This document shows positions 9,949 to 21,316 of a stretch of DNA of 64,000 nt, one piece after another; the stretch's first letter is position 1; each line of letters opens with the position of its first letter. Source of the DNA: an uncultured Verrucomicrobiae bacterium (GTDB taxonomy: Bacteria > Verrucomicrobiota > Verrucomicrobiia > Chthoniobacterales > UBA10450); the NCBI GenBank assembly GCA_963726745.1, contig CAVSDR010000005.1, positions 96,001-160,000 of the forward strand. Reading direction: 5' to 3'. Below the pieces are notes generated by a model. That model did no database searches. It was not told where the DNA came from and saw nothing but the letters and a program-made list of their open reading frames with translations. Position numbers and translations under genes: made by a program.

Positions 9949-10779
9949 ATGGAACCTCGCGCGCGACGCTCCGCTGGTGGGAAAAAACCGAGCGGCTCGC
10001 GGGTTAAGATCGCTCCCTACGTCGTTCCCACGCGGCGCCCGCCGGCCGGCCGCGCGCCCATCCCGGTGATGGTGCCAACTCGCTGGGTAAAATTTGTCAT
10101 CGCGCTCCTTTTCCTGCCGTTTGCCGCCATCCTCACGCAGACGTTTTTCACCGTCTTCACCCGCGCGACGGTCACGCAGCAGTTCTGGGCCGGGGAAGAA
10201 TTCTGGTTCTTCTCGTTAGGCGTCGTCTTGTGGCTGATCGCTTTCTTCGGCTTGCCGCGGCCGCTCACGGCTTATGTTTTCGGCCACGAACTGACCCACG
10301 CGATCTGGGTTTGGCTGATGGGCGGACGGGTCAGCCAATTCAAAGTCGGCCGCAGCGGCGGGCACATCGTGACCGACCGGAACAATTTCTGGATCTCGCT
10401 CGCGCCTTACTTTTTCCCGATCTACAGCATCCTCGCCCTCGCGCTTTACGGCGGGCTGAGCTTCTTCTTCCCAGTCCAGCCATACGGGAAGCTGCTCTAC
10501 GCGATCATCGGGATCACCTGGGCCTTCCACGCCACCTTTACGCTCTGGATGATTCCGAAGAGCCAGACTGACCTGACGCACAACGGCACCTTCTTCTCGC
10601 TCGTGCTCATCTACGTGATGAATCTGCTTCTCCTGAGCGTGATGTTGATCGTCGCTTCGCCGCAAATCGGCGTGGGCGACTTCGCGATGGAGGTGGGGGA
10701 AAACGCCGATCGCGTCCTCGGTTTCTTCGGGCACTGGTTCGATCGCTTCGCGCGCGGGTATAACCCGGTGACGCGCTAG
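9949..10779 (+). CDS. Membrane protein with HExxH motif (peptidase M50-like)
   Basis: Several TM helices, GHELTHA and ISLAPYFFP motifs. Confidence 0.65.
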   Translation: MEPRARRSAGGKKPSGSRVKIAPYVVPTRRPPAGRAPIPVMVPTRWVKFVIALLFLPFAAILTQTFFTVFTRATVTQQFWAGEEFWFFSLGVVLWLIAFFGLPRPLTAYVFGHELTHAIWVWLMGGRVSQFKVGRSGGHIVTDRNNFWISLAPYFFPIYSILALALYGGLSFFFPVQPYGKLLYAIIGITWAFHATFTLWMIPKSQTDLTHNGTFFSLVLIYVMNLLLLSVMLIVASPQIGVGDFAMEVGENADRVLGFFGHWFDRFARGYNPVTR

Positions 10780-13634
10780 CCGACGGTGTAAACCGCGAAC
10801 GGCAGCGTCGCCAAAGCGTCGGCTAATTTTAGCCGCCCGCCTTCCGCGGTGAGTTCGCGCCCGGTGAAAAGCTCGCGCGCCTGCTGCGCCGCGGCTGGCA
10901 GCTCCACCGCGGTTTCCTGCCAGGCCTCGCCGAGTGGCGGAAAACCAACCCGCGAACTCAAGCGCGGAACCACCACCACGATCCATTGCTGGCCCTCTTC
11001 GCGCGCAAAGGCGACGACCGACTCCGCGTGCGTGCCCATGACCTGGAGCGGCACGTAGCTGTGCGAACGGAAGAGCGCCGGATGCTCGCGCCGGAAATGC
11101 AGCAGCTTCTGGATGACGTAAAGCTTGATCCGACCATCGGGCCACGCGCCTAACAAGTCCTCGGGCGCGGCTTCCTTGACCTCCGCGAGCAGCTCACGGC
11201 GTTTCCCGTAATCGACCGGCCGGCGATTGTCGGGATCAACCAGCGAATCGTCCCAAAGCTCAGTCCCTTGGTAGATGTCCGGCACGCCCGGCGCGGTCAG
11301 TTTCAAGATCACCTGCGTGAGCGAATTCACCGCCCCGAGCTTCGCGATTTCCTCCGCCAGCGGCAGGAACGCGGGCACGAAACGGTTCTTCACGCCTGGC
11401 TCAAGAAGGCCGGCGATGAACTTCTTCACCGCCTCGTTCCACTCCTCGTTAGGCTGGATCCAACTGGTGTTCACCTTGGCCTCGTTCATCGCCTTGGCCA
11501 TGTAAGCCTGGATGCGCTCGATGTATTCCGCGCTCGCTTCCGTGACCGGTTTGCCTAACGAGTCCACCGGCCAGGTGCCGAGGATCGTCTGGTAAAGGAG
11601 GTATTCCTCGTTCGCGTCGGGCGCGTCCGCTTCGTCGATCTTGGTCTTGTGCCGGCGATTGATCGTGCGCCAGCGCTGCAGGTGCGTGCGCCATTTATCC
11701 GGCACCTCGGAGAGCGCGATCATGCGCGCGCGCACGTCCTCGCTGCGCTTGGTGTCGTGCGTCGAGGTGGTGTTCATCGTCGAGGGCCAGTGCTCCGCGT
11801 AATGCCGGAGCTCCTCGTGGAATTTCTCCGGGGTGATCCCGAAGACCTGCGGCTCGCCGCCGACTTCGTTCAGCGCGGCCAGGCGGTTGAAGAGATAAAA
11901 CGCCGTGTCTTCCAAGCCCTTGGCCATGATCGGCCCGGTGGCCTGCTGGAACTTGAGCACGAAGTGCACGTGCGCGGCGCGCGCTTCGTCATCGAGATTC
12001 TCCGGGAAACGGAACGAGAGAATGTCGCGCAGGAAGTTGAAGACCGAGCCTTCGATGCCGGGGTTGCGCCGCTTGGCCGAGGCGATCGCGCGCTCGATCA
12101 CCGCGAGGTCTTCGTCGCTCACTTTTCCCTCGGGCGTGACGTAGGTCCGGTAGACCGGGAAGCAGGCGATCGTCTCGCGCACCGCGAGGCTGAGCTGGTC
12201 GAGCGTAAAGTCGCGGAACCAGCGGTTCTGTTCCGAAAGGCGGTCGAGTAAATTACCCAGCACTTTGACGTCGTTCGAAAGCGAAAGGCGCATGACCAGC
12301 CGCTTCTTCGCGTAAACCAGGTGCCCGAGGTGCATCGAGTGCCCGAGGAATTTCCGGAAGGTTTTCGTGATCGCCTGCTCCGCGCTCGGGTCGCACAGGA
12401 GGCTGTTCACGATCCGGCCAAAGTCGTAGCCAGTGGTGCCGTGCACCGGCCAATCGGTCGGCAAACGCTCCGGGCCGGAGAGGATTTTTTCGACCACGAG
12501 GTAAAGCGCGCGTCCGTCTTCCGGCAGCGCAATCCCGAGCGCCTCCGCGGAGCGCTGCTGCAGCTTCGCGAAATATTCCTTCGGCAGGTAAAGGCCGTCC
12601 GGGTGATCGATCCGCAAGCCGGTGACCGCCCCTTCCTTGACCAGCTCGAGCACGAGCTGGTGAGTCGCATCGAACACTTCCGGGAGCTCCATCCGGATGG
12701 CCGCGAGATCGTTGATGTCGAAGAAGCGGCGGTAGTTGATCTCCTCCGCGGCCACGCGCCAGAAGGCGAGCCGGTAAGCCTGGTCGTTCAGGAGCTCATC
12801 GAGCGCGTCAAAACTGCGGGCCTCGCCGGGTGTGCCGTTGATTTTAGCCAGCGCTTTCTCGATCGCCTCGCGCACGGGCGCGGCTTCGCTGCAACGCCGC
12901 TCGAGCCGGCGTTTGACGATCTCTTTTTCGCGGGCGCGAATGGCCACGCGCTCGGGATCGGTCTCGCTCCGGCGCGGGAGATTCTCCAGCGCGGTGATGA
13001 TGCTCTGGAACTCGGCGTAAAAGATCTCCTCCTTGTGCGGCTCCAGCTCTTCGAGCGCGAGATTGAGCACGTGCCGGTAAGTGCCGGGCGCGATCGGGAA
13101 TTGGTTCTCGAAGTAATGGAGGAAAAACGCGCCGCTGTCGTACTTCACCTGGAGCTCACCGCGCTCGAGCACGCGTCCGTATTGGTCGCCCAAAATAGGC
13201 AGCAGGACCTTGTCCCAGAGGTCCTGCTTCAGCGGCTTCCAGTCGATGTCGAAAAAGGGCGCGTAGGTCGAGCTCGGGCCGTTCTCGAGCACATCCATCC
13301 ACCATTGATTGAGCGGCTCGCCCACGCCCATGTGGTTCGGCACGAAGTCGAGCACCTGGCCCATCCCGCGCTCGCGCAGCGCGTCCACGAAGGCGTCGTA
13401 TTCCGCGCGTGTGCCGATGGCGGCGTTGAGCTTGTTGTGATCGGTGATGTCGTAGCCGTGCAGGCTCTCCGCGCGCGCCTGGAAGTAGGGCGAGGCGTAG
13501 CAATCGCTGATCCCGAGCTCGTCGAGATAGGGCACGATTTCGCGCGCCTGGTTGAAGGTGAAATGCCGGTTGAATTGCAACCGGTAGGTCGAGGTCGGGA
13601 TGCGCGGGTGTTCGGGATTCACGGAAGTAGGCAT
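10776..13634 (-). CDS. treY: Malto-oligosyltrehalose synthase (GH13)
   Basis: [68 protein letters not shown]. Confidence 0.96.
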   Translation of the reverse strand: MPTSVNPEHPRIPTSTYRLQFNRHFTFNQAREIVPYLDELGISDCYASPYFQARAESLHGYDITDHNKLNAAIGTRAEYDAFVDALRERGMGQVLDFVPNHMGVGEPLNQWWMDVLENGPSSTYAPFFDIDWKPLKQDLWDKVLLPILGDQYGRVLERGELQVKYDSGAFFLHYFENQFPIAPGTYRHVLNLALEELEPHKEEIFYAEFQSIITALENLPRRSETDPERVAIRAREKEIVKRRLERRCSEAAPVREAIEKALAKINGTPGEARSFDALDELLNDQAYRLAFWRVAAEEINYRRFFDINDLAAIRMELPEVFDATHQLVLELVKEGAVTGLRIDHPDGLYLPKEYFAKLQQRSAEALGIALPEDGRALYLVVEKILSGPERLPTDWPVHGTTGYDFGRIVNSLLCDPSAEQAITKTFRKFLGHSMHLGHLVYAKKRLVMRLSLSNDVKVLGNLLDRLSEQNRWFRDFTLDQLSLAVRETIACFPVYRTYVTPEGKVSDEDLAVIERAIASAKRRNPGIEGSVFNFLRDILSFRFPENLDDEARAAHVHFVLKFQQATGPIMAKGLEDTAFYLFNRLAALNEVGGEPQVFGITPEKFHEELRHYAEHWPSTMNTTSTHDTKRSEDVRARMIALSEVPDKWRTHLQRWRTINRRHKTKIDEADAPDANEEYLLYQTILGTWPVDSLGKPVTEASAEYIERIQAYMAKAMNEAKVNTSWIQPNEEWNEAVKKFIAGLLEPGVKNRFVPAFLPLAEEIAKLGAVNSLTQVILKLTAPGVPDIYQGTELWDDSLVDPDNRRPVDYGKRRELLAEVKEAAPEDLLGAWPDGRIKLYVIQKLLHFRREHPALFRSHSYVPLQVMGTHAESVVAFAREEGQQWIVVVVPRLSSRVGFPPLGEAWQETAVELPAAAQQARELFTGRELTAEGGRLKLADALATLPFAVYTVG

Positions 13635-13720
13635 GGTAGCACAGCCAATCGAGCGCGGCGCGCCGGCTGCGCGCACGAAAACCTCGTCAGCCACCGTGCG
13701 CTCGGGTAAGATCGCGCACC

Positions 13721-15358
13721 ATGAGATGCTTCCGCGGTGGCGTGGTTCTTGGGCTGGCCGCCCTGGCCATGCCCTCGCTGGCAGCCGAGGAGCACGCGGG
13801 CCACAGCTCGTTAGGCAAAGTAGATTTCCCGGTCAGCTGTTCGCCGGCGGCGCAGGAGGAGTTCACCCACGCGGTCTCGCTGCTCCATCACATGACCTAT
13901 CCGCAGGCGCGCGCGGCGTTTCAGCAAGCGATGAAAACCGACCCGTCCTGCGCGTTGGCGCAATGGGGCTTCGCGATGACGCTCTTCCAGCCGCTTTGGC
14001 CCACGCGCCCCAGCCCGGCAGCGCTGCAAGCTGGCTGGGAAGCGGTGCAAAAAGCACAGACGCTGGACGCGCCCACGGCCCGCGAGCGCGCCTTCATCGC
14101 GGCGGCGGCGGCGTTCTTCGAGGAACCGCAGGCGGACGATTATTGGGCGCGCATCCGCCGTTGGGAAGCAGCCATGGCGAAGGCCTACGCGGCCTTTCCG
14201 GAGGACGATGAAGTGGCTGCCTTTTATGCGCTGGCCCACCTGGCGACGGCGCCGGCCGACACCATCTCGCGCGAGCATGCCGATCGCGCGGCCGCGATTC
14301 TCCTGCGGCTCTACAGGAAGAATCCCGAGCATCCCGGCGCGATGCATTACCTGGTGCACGCAAACGACGTGCCCGGCCGCGAACGCGAGTCGCTCGAGAT
14401 CACGCGCCGCTACGAGTCGATCGCGCCCAACAACCCGCACGCGCTCCACATGCCCACGCATATCTACACGCGGCTGGGCGATTGGGACGGGGTGGTGCGG
14501 GGCAACTTGAAGGCGGCGGAAGCGGCGCTGGCCCACCCGGCGGGCGAGCGCCAGGAGTATGTCTGGGACGAGTTTGCCCACGCGATCGAATACCTGGTCT
14601 ACGCCGATCTGCAGAAAGGCGACGATGCCGCCGCGGCCGCGCAATTAAATCGGCTGCACGGGACGCCGCAACTCGAGCCGAGCTTCAAGACGGCGTTCCA
14701 TCTCGCCTCGACCCGGACGCGTTATGCGCTGGAGCGCCGGGATTGGGCCGAGGCCGCAAAGCTGGCCGCGCGTGAGCCCGCCGCGCTGCCGTGGGATCGC
14801 TATCCCTGGGCGGAAGCGATCGCGCGTTTCGGGCATGGCCTGGGCGCGGCGCATCTGGGCGAACTCGACGCGGCCAAGGCCGACATCGCGCGCTTGCGAG
14901 CGCTCGAAGAGGTGGCGAAAGCATCCGGCGAGGAACTCTTCCAGCGGCACATTCGCGTGGCCCGCCTGGAACTGGAAGGCTGGAGCGCGCAGGTCGCCGG
15001 CGAAGGCGAGCGCAGCCTCGCGCTCCTCCGGGAAGCCGCCGAGCTGGAAAGCGCCACGCCGAAACATCCGGTCACGCCCGGCCCGACGCTCCCGGCACAC
15101 GAGTTGTTAGGCGACTTGCTCCTGGAACAGGGCGCGCCGGCCGCGGCGGCGGCGGCTTACCAGCGTTCGCTCGAGCTTTACCCGCGCCGCCTGAACAGCC
15201 TCCTCGGGGCCGCACGCGCCTCCGCCGCGGCCGGCGATGGCGCCGCCGCGCGGAAATTTTACCAGCAACTTGTGGCCCTCGCCGGCCAGGGCACGCGCCG
15301 CGCGCCGCTCGCAGAAGCGGAAAAATTTCTCGCCGCAGGCGAAACCGCGTCTCGTTAG
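13721..15358 (+). CDS. Secreted TPR-repeat protein
   Basis: Signal peptide, LGKVDFPVSC, HPGAMHYLVHA, HALHMPTHIY, TPR-like helical repeats. Confidence 0.8.
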   Translation: MRCFRGGVVLGLAALAMPSLAAEEHAGHSSLGKVDFPVSCSPAAQEEFTHAVSLLHHMTYPQARAAFQQAMKTDPSCALAQWGFAMTLFQPLWPTRPSPAALQAGWEAVQKAQTLDAPTARERAFIAAAAAFFEEPQADDYWARIRRWEAAMAKAYAAFPEDDEVAAFYALAHLATAPADTISREHADRAAAILLRLYRKNPEHPGAMHYLVHANDVPGRERESLEITRRYESIAPNNPHALHMPTHIYTRLGDWDGVVRGNLKAAEAALAHPAGERQEYVWDEFAHAIEYLVYADLQKGDDAAAAAQLNRLHGTPQLEPSFKTAFHLASTRTRYALERRDWAEAAKLAAREPAALPWDRYPWAEAIARFGHGLGAAHLGELDAAKADIARLRALEEVAKASGEELFQRHIRVARLELEGWSAQVAGEGERSLALLREAAELESATPKHPVTPGPTLPAHELLGDLLLEQGAPAAAAAAYQRSLELYPRRLNSLLGAARASAAAGDGAAARKFYQQLVALAGQGTRRAPLAEAEKFLAAGETASR

Positions 15359-18300
15359 CCGCGCGTGCGCGCCTTGCGCCAGCGAGCGACCAGAAGCAGC
15401 GCCGTGCCCGCGACCGCGAGGGCCGCGGGAGCGGGCTCGGGGACGAGGAGAGTGTTGGCGGCGGAAGCGTTGAAGCCGAAGGAATCGCCCACCGTGGTCG
15501 CGGTCAGCGAAAGCGAAAATTGGAGATCAAGGGTGCCGTTTACGCCGGTCCCGATCGCGCCCAGGTCGACGACGGTGCCGTCGAAAAACGAGATCGCGCT
15601 GCTGAGCGTGGTGAAGCTTTGGTCGACCACCACAAGGTTCTCGCGCAGGACCTGGAGCGTGAGCGAATGGAAGCCGCCGCCGGTGAATTGCGGCGCGAAA
15701 AATCCGAGCTTGAGCTGGTGCTGCGCCGGAAGCTGCGCGAGGTCGATCGAGAAAGTGATCTCGCTGGCAAAAGTACGCGGCGCTCCCGAGCCATCGGCGG
15801 GATAACCGCCCGCGAGGAATAACTGCGCCAGCGTATCGGCGCCGAAGGGCCCGCCCGCGGCAGTGGGCAGGCCGGTGGCAAAGGCCGCGGCTTCGAGCTG
15901 GTTTGCGAGCATCGGTGAAGGCGCTGGCTGCCCCACGGCGGCGCGCGCTTCGGTTTCGCTGGTGCTCCCGACCGGCGCGCTCGCCACTGCCTGGATGGTG
16001 GTGATGGCGCCGCCGCTCGAACTCGCGCTGGAACTCGAGGTGCCGCTGCTGCCGGTGGCGCTGGCGTGGGCCAGGGCGCTGCCGCCTAACGAGTCGTTCC
16101 GCCCGGCGCCGCCCGTGGCGGTGGCGCTGGCGCTCACCTGTCCCAGGCCGGTGGCGCTGGCCTTCGCCGTGGCCGTGCCGCCGGCGCCGCTCGTGGTCAT
16201 GCTCCCGCCGCGCAAGCCCCCGAGCCCGCCGGTGGCGGTGGCCTTCGCGAACACCGCGCTGGCCTGGCCGCTGGCGATCGCAGTGGAATGGGCGCTGCCG
16301 CCGTTCCCGCCGTGGCCGGTGCCATCGGAGATCGAACCGCCCGCGCCGCCTTGTGCCACATCCTCCGCGCTCGCGCTGCTCGCACCGAGCGCGGTCGCGC
16401 TGGAAGTGCTGGTGCCGCTGCCACCCGCGCCGGCCTGGCTGTTGCTCGCACCGGAGACCATTCCGCCGGCGCCGCCCAGACCCATGCCAAAGGCCTGGAC
16501 CGCCTGCCCGTCGCCGGACGTCTGCGCGGTTGCGCTGGCCTCCCCGTCGCCCCCGTTTCCGCTATCAGATCCCAGGAAGGCGTTCCCGCCACTCCCGCCG
16601 CGCGCATTTGCATCGGCTCGGGCTGCGCCGCCGCTGTTCACGGAACTGGTGGTGGCAGTGCCGTTGGCTCCGCGACGCGAACTGCCGAGCGCCGCGCTGC
16701 GCATTCCGCCCGCGCCGCCAACGGCGAAAGTCTGGAGGTGGAGCAACCCACTGGTGTTCTTCGACCGGTTTAACGTGCTCTCCGCGGTCCCGCCGAAGCC
16801 CGCCGCGCCGGCCAAGGCGGAGCCGCCATTGCCGCCGGCGGCGACCTGGCTCAGGAGCACCGGGCCGGTGCTGTCGCCATCGAGCGCGTTGTTAATCGAG
16901 GCGGCGGCTCCGTGGCCCGCGGAGCCCATGCCGGAGGTGACACTGCCGCCGGTGCCGCCGGTTTGCGTGCCGCTGAGGTTCAGGGACGCGCCGCCGGTGG
17001 AAGTGGCGCTCACATTGCCGAGGACGGCCGTCGCCCCATCTCCCGCGGATGGTCCGTCGACGGTGTTGCCGCCCGCGCCGCCGGTGGCGGTGACGATGCC
17101 GGAGAGGGAAGAAGCGTTGTTGCTGGAAAGGGCGAGCGCCGCGGTTGCGCCCGCGCCGTGGGAGCCCGCCACATCCTGGCCCTCGCCGCCCGCGCCGCCC
17201 AAAGCGCTGACTATTCCGGTGAGCATTCCGCCAGCTGAGTTCGAGGCGGTGAGCGTGGAACTGGCCGCGCCCGCCTCTCCGGCCACGCTGCCCGCGCCTC
17301 GCGCCGCACCGCCGTCTCCGCCGGTTGCACTTTGCGTGAGCTGCAAGGCGCCCGCAGTCGCGCCGCTGACGGCATTGTGGATCGTGCTGCTGGCGCCGTT
17401 GCCGGCGGTGGCGCCAAAGTAGGCCGCGCCGCCCGCGCCGCCGATTTGGTTCGCGCTCGCGCTGACGTTGCCGCCGCCATTGGAATTTCCGCTCGCGCTC
17501 GCGTTCGCGCTGCCGCCCTGCCCGCCAAAGGTGCCGCCCCCGGCCGCCTGGCCGCCGCGGCCGCCCTCTGCGGTATTCGCGACCGTGACGTTCCCGCTGC
17601 CGGCCGTGCTGCCGGTGCCGCCGGCGGTCGCCTGCCCGCCCGCGCCTCCGCTGCCCTGGCCAGTGTCGACTGCGGCTACGCCGCCGCCGGTGCCGCCGGT
17701 GGCCGTGGTGGAAAGGGAGGCGAGGTTGCCGTCGGCCGTGACGGTGCCGGTGACGACGGCCTCGCCGCCGCTGCCGCCATGAGTGGTCGTCGCGCCGGTC
17801 GCGATCGCGCCGCCCAAGCCGCCGGTCGCGAGACCGATGGCGGCAGCGGGATTGCTCGCGCCACTGGCCGTGGCCATCGCGCTGCTGCTGGCCTTCCCGC
17901 CGGCGCCGCCATGGCTGCCGCCAAATCCTTGGCCGCCCATGCCGCCGTATGCCTCCGCATTGGCGCGGGCCAGGCCGGCGTCGTTGGTCGAGTTGGCGAT
18001 TGCGGTCGCCTGGCCGGCGGCGCTTGCGGTGCCGGTGCCGGAATGGAGTGCGCCGCCGTTACCGGAAGTGGCGGCGGTGTTAATCGTGAGCCCGGCAAAG
18101 CCGCTCAAGCCCGTTTGGCTGCGCGTGAGCGAGCTAAACGCGTCGCCGGCAGCGCCCGCGGCGGAATACCCCGCGCCGCCGGAACCGCCGCCGACGGTTT
18201 GGTTGAGCGTGACGCTTCCGCCACTGGCCGCGTGGCCATCGATGGCGTCGACTAAATGGACCGACGCGCCCTTGCCGCCCACGCCGCCGGGCGAGATCGC

Positions 18301-19035
18301 GTGGCCGCCGTTGCCGCCCTGGGCGGAGAGAATCACCAGGGCCTGACCTTCGGCCGCGCTGGAAGTGGCGGCGATCTCGCCAAGCGTAATGCCTGCGCCA
18401 TCGCCGCCGATGCCGCCGGGCGAATTGAGATCGCCCAGGACAGAGCCCCCGTTGCCTCCGGCGAGGGTGACATTCACGAGCGCGTGGCCCGCGCTGTTCA
18501 ACGCCGTCGCGCTGGCGGTAGCCGCGCCGCCGTGACCGCCGTTGCCGTTGGTCCCGGCGAGACCGGGCGATGATGCGCCGGCGCCCCCGCCGCCGCCATG
18601 GCCGCCAGCGCCGCCCACGGACTGAACGGTCGCCTGGGCGCCGCCAGCAAATGCTCCGCTGGTGCTGGCCGTGCCCGAGGCGGTTCCGCCATTGGCGCCA
18701 TTTCCGCCCATGCCGCCCCCGCCGCTCGGCGGAATGCCGCTGCCGCCATTTCCTCCGTTCCCGCCTTTGCCGCCGAAGGCGGTCGCGGAATTGCTCGAGT
18801 CGGCGGGATTATTTGCGGTCGCGTTTGCGTCTCCGCCCGGGGTGCCCGGGCCGCCGGCCATGCCGGTGCCGGGTCCGCCCGCCGTTCCATCCATGCCCGG
18901 CGGGCCGGTATCCACTACATCCGCGGCTCGGGCCGGGAGCAAAAAAAAGGCGCTGGCGAGAACCAGCGCAAAGGCTTGAACCGGACGCAGCGACGAACCG
19001 CGCCGGGGGGAACCGACAAGCTTCCGTGACAGCAT
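15355..19035 (-). CDS. Very Gly/Ala-rich repetitive surface protein with PEP-CTERM sorting signal
   Basis: Signal peptide ending LLPARA; about 1000 aa of GGxGGxGG tracts alternating with A/T/S-rich strands; C-terminus VPEPAPAALAVAGTALLLVARWRKARTRG. Confidence 0.85.
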   Translation of the reverse strand: MLSRKLVGSPRRGSSLRPVQAFALVLASAFFLLPARAADVVDTGPPGMDGTAGGPGTGMAGGPGTPGGDANATANNPADSSNSATAFGGKGGNGGNGGSGIPPSGGGGMGGNGANGGTASGTASTSGAFAGGAQATVQSVGGAGGHGGGGGAGASSPGLAGTNGNGGHGGAATASATALNSAGHALVNVTLAGGNGGSVLGDLNSPGGIGGDGAGITLGEIAATSSAAEGQALVILSAQGGNGGHAISPGGVGGKGASVHLVDAIDGHAASGGSVTLNQTVGGGSGGAGYSAAGAAGDAFSSLTRSQTGLSGFAGLTINTAATSGNGGALHSGTGTASAAGQATAIANSTNDAGLARANAEAYGGMGGQGFGGSHGGAGGKASSSAMATASGASNPAAAIGLATGGLGGAIATGATTTHGGSGGEAVVTGTVTADGNLASLSTTATGGTGGGVAAVDTGQGSGGAGGQATAGGTGSTAGSGNVTVANTAEGGRGGQAAGGGTFGGQGGSANASASGNSNGGGNVSASANQIGGAGGAAYFGATAGNGASSTIHNAVSGATAGALQLTQSATGGDGGAARGAGSVAGEAGAASSTLTASNSAGGMLTGIVSALGGAGGEGQDVAGSHGAGATAALALSSNNASSLSGIVTATGGAGGNTVDGPSAGDGATAVLGNVSATSTGGASLNLSGTQTGGTGGSVTSGMGSAGHGAAASINNALDGDSTGPVLLSQVAAGGNGGSALAGAAGFGGTAESTLNRSKNTSGLLHLQTFAVGGAGGMRSAALGSSRRGANGTATTSSVNSGGAARADANARGGSGGNAFLGSDSGNGGDGEASATAQTSGDGQAVQAFGMGLGGAGGMVSGASNSQAGAGGSGTSTSSATALGASSASAEDVAQGGAGGSISDGTGHGGNGGSAHSTAIASGQASAVFAKATATGGLGGLRGGSMTTSGAGGTATAKASATGLGQVSASATATGGAGRNDSLGGSALAHASATGSSGTSSSSASSSGGAITTIQAVASAPVGSTSETEARAAVGQPAPSPMLANQLEAAAFATGLPTAAGGPFGADTLAQLFLAGGYPADGSGAPRTFASEITFSIDLAQLPAQHQLKLGFFAPQFTGGGFHSLTLQVLRENLVVVDQSFTTLSSAISFFDGTVVDLGAIGTGVNGTLDLQFSLSLTATTVGDSFGFNASAANTLLVPEPAPAALAVAGTALLLVARWRKARTRG

Positions 19036-19141
19036 GATTGCCCTCCTGGTTTAGTGGCAGCCGGTTGCGATTTTAGGGAGCGCGCCGCGCGCTGGCAAGC
19101 CTCCGCTCGCTTTCTCCGGCGACGGCGGCTACTCCATCGGC

Positions 19142-19933
19142 ATGGCAATTGTCGGACGCGTGGCAAGCTTGTGGCGTTATCCTGTGAAGAGCATGCGCGG
19201 CGAGCAGATGCCGGAGCTTTTCGTGAGCTACGCCGGGGTTTACGGCGATCGCTTGTTCGCCTTCCTGAGCGCGGGAAATCCCGCCGGCTTTCCGTTCCTC
19301 ACCGGGCGCGATCAACCGCAGCTCCTGCGCTGTCGCGCGCGTTTCCGGCATCCGGAAAAAGCCGCGCGCCCGGTAAATCAACGCGCAGCCGAAGCGCTCT
19401 CGCCGATGATCAATCCGGTGACCGCAAGTGCAGCGGACTTGATGGTGGACGTAGAAACACCGGACGGGCAAACCTTCGCGATCGACGATCCGAAATTAGC
19501 CGACACTCTCTGCGCCGGGCTCGCGGAGAAGCACACGCTCACACTCCTGCGTTCCGACAAAGCGCTGACTGATTGCCGGCCGCTCTCGCTCTTCTCGCTT
19601 GGGACCGCGCGCCAGCTCGGCGACGAGGCCGGGATGGCGATCGATCCGCGCCGCTTCCGCGCGAATGTTTGCCTCGAGCTGGAGAGCGGCGCCGGCTTCG
19701 CTGAAGATCACTTCGTCGGCAAAAGCTTGCGCCTCGGGGCCAAGGTCATCGTCTCCGTGCTCGCGCGCGACGGCCGTTGCATGATGATCACGCTCGATCC
19801 CGATACCGCCGTGAAGACGCCGGCTATTTTAAAGCAAGTCGCGCAGGCGCACGAAGGCAAAGCCGGCGTCTACGGCGCCATCCTCGCCGAGGGCATCATC
19901 CGCCAGGGCGACCCGGTCGAGTTACTCGATTAA
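19142..19933 (+). CDS. MOSC domain protein
   Basis: LWRYPVKSMRGE, GDR, RRFRAN, RCMMIT, GVYG...G.IRQGD. Confidence 0.9.
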   Translation: MAIVGRVASLWRYPVKSMRGEQMPELFVSYAGVYGDRLFAFLSAGNPAGFPFLTGRDQPQLLRCRARFRHPEKAARPVNQRAAEALSPMINPVTASAADLMVDVETPDGQTFAIDDPKLADTLCAGLAEKHTLTLLRSDKALTDCRPLSLFSLGTARQLGDEAGMAIDPRRFRANVCLELESGAGFAEDHFVGKSLRLGAKVIVSVLARDGRCMMITLDPDTAVKTPAILKQVAQAHEGKAGVYGAILAEGIIRQGDPVELLD

Positions 19934-20298
19934 GCCGTCGCCTTGAGGCTTTCGCACTTCGCCTCATAGCGCTCGATCAAGGCAGTCAGCTTCGTCTGGA
20001 AGCCATCCTGCGCGCCGTAGACTTCGCCGATTGCATCGGAGAATTCCTTTTGCTTGAGCTCGTCCTCCACCTCGAGGGTCAAGCCGGCGAGCGTCTCGAT
20101 GTTGGCCCGCGAGTGGAACTCCATCTCCTTGAGCTTCGAGAGGACAGCGACGGATTTCTCCAGCTCGCCCGGAGCAGCCGCAGCCTGCGGGGCCTCTTCG
20201 GCGGCGTCGGTCTTAGCCTTCGGCTCCTCGGCGGCTTTCTCGTGTTCCTTTTCCTGGGCGACCTTCTTATCGTGCGCGACGTTTCGTGGATCTGACAT
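19930..20298 (-). CDS. Hypothetical helical/coiled-coil protein
   Basis: Charged helical ORF with GC-biased codon usage; ATG at 20298 preceded by GGAGAAGG. Confidence 0.7.
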   Translation of the reverse strand: MSDPRNVAHDKKVAQEKEHEKAAEEPKAKTDAAEEAPQAAAAPGELEKSVAVLSKLKEMEFHSRANIETLAGLTLEVEDELKQKEFSDAIGEVYGAQDGFQTKLTALIERYEAKCESLKATA

Positions 20299-20492
20299 CC
20301 TTCTCCATACACCGGTTAGCTCGCCCCCGCTTGGAAGAGTGGTCTGCCCGCGGGTGGGATCGCCGGGGCTTGTCGATTTCGATCGCCGCGCACGCACGCG
20401 AGGATCGAGGCCTTGCCGGAGACAAACTTGCGGTGTCTTCCGGCATTCCGCGGTGGACTTGTGAGCGGCGAACTTGCGTAATTCCACTTCAA

Positions 20493-21305
20493 ATGAGCAA
20501 TCCAAACAAAGCCCTCTGGGAGAAAGGCGACTTCACCCGCATCGCGGCGACCATGCGCGAGAGCGGGGCGGAATTGGTCCGGCGGATCGGGATCGGGAAA
20601 GGGGACAAAGTCCTCGAGCTCGGCTGCGGCGATGGCACCACCGCGATTCCCGCGGCGCAGCTCGGCGCGGAAGTTCTCGGCGTGGATATAGCCAGCAACC
20701 TGGTCGCCGCGGGCCACGCGCGCGCCGCCAAGCTGGGACTGGCAAATTGCCGCTTCCAGGAAGGCGATGCCTCGAAGCTCGACGGCCTGCCGGATGACAC
20801 CTTCGATTACGTCGTCAGCATCTTCGGCGCGATGTTCGCCCCGCGTCCGTTCGATGTCGCCAAGGAGATGGTCCGCGTAACCCGGCCCGGCGGGAAGATC
20901 GTCATGGGCAACTGGATTCCCGGCGACCCGACGTTGGTCGCGCAGATCCTTCGGATCAGCTCCGCCTACACCGCACCGCCGCCGGAAGGATTCGTTAGTC
21001 CGATGACCTGGGGCCTCGAGGAGCACGTGCGCGAGCGCTTTGCCGCGGCCGGCATCGCCCCGGAAAACATCTCCTTCATTCGCGAGTCGTTCACCTTCCG
21101 CTTCGACGGCCCGCCGGCCGGCTTGGTCGACGCCTTCAAGACCTACTACGGCCCAACGATGAACGCCTTCGAAGCCGCGGAAAAGAACGGCCGCGCCGCC
21201 GAGTTGCAGCGCGAGCTGGAGGAACTCTTCGTTAGCCAGAACCAGGCTAAGAATAATGCCACCGAAATCGCCGCCACTTTTCTACGAGTGACGGTGCAAC
21301 GGTAA
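20493..21305 (+). CDS. Class I SAM-dependent methyltransferase
   Basis: VLELGCGDG motif I, FDYVVSIFGAMFAP, RVTRPGG. Confidence 0.9.
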   Translation: MSNPNKALWEKGDFTRIAATMRESGAELVRRIGIGKGDKVLELGCGDGTTAIPAAQLGAEVLGVDIASNLVAAGHARAAKLGLANCRFQEGDASKLDGLPDDTFDYVVSIFGAMFAPRPFDVAKEMVRVTRPGGKIVMGNWIPGDPTLVAQILRISSAYTAPPPEGFVSPMTWGLEEHVRERFAAAGIAPENISFIRESFTFRFDGPPAGLVDAFKTYYGPTMNAFEAAEKNGRAAELQRELEELFVSQNQAKNNATEIAATFLRVTVQR

Positions 21306-21316
21306 CGGCGGCCCCG

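Noticed and set aside
15355..19035. Mycobacterial PE_PGRS gene or horizontal transfer from Actinobacteria
   Set aside because: There is no PE domain, and it has a Sec signal and PEP-CTERM tail. The similarity is compositional.
20299..20492. Possible riboswitch or ncRNA in intergenic hairpins (here GCCGGAGACA/TGTCTTCCGGC; also 43542..43807)
   Set aside because: Only isolated hairpins were seen, with no recognisable family motif. An Infernal/Rfam scan would be needed.
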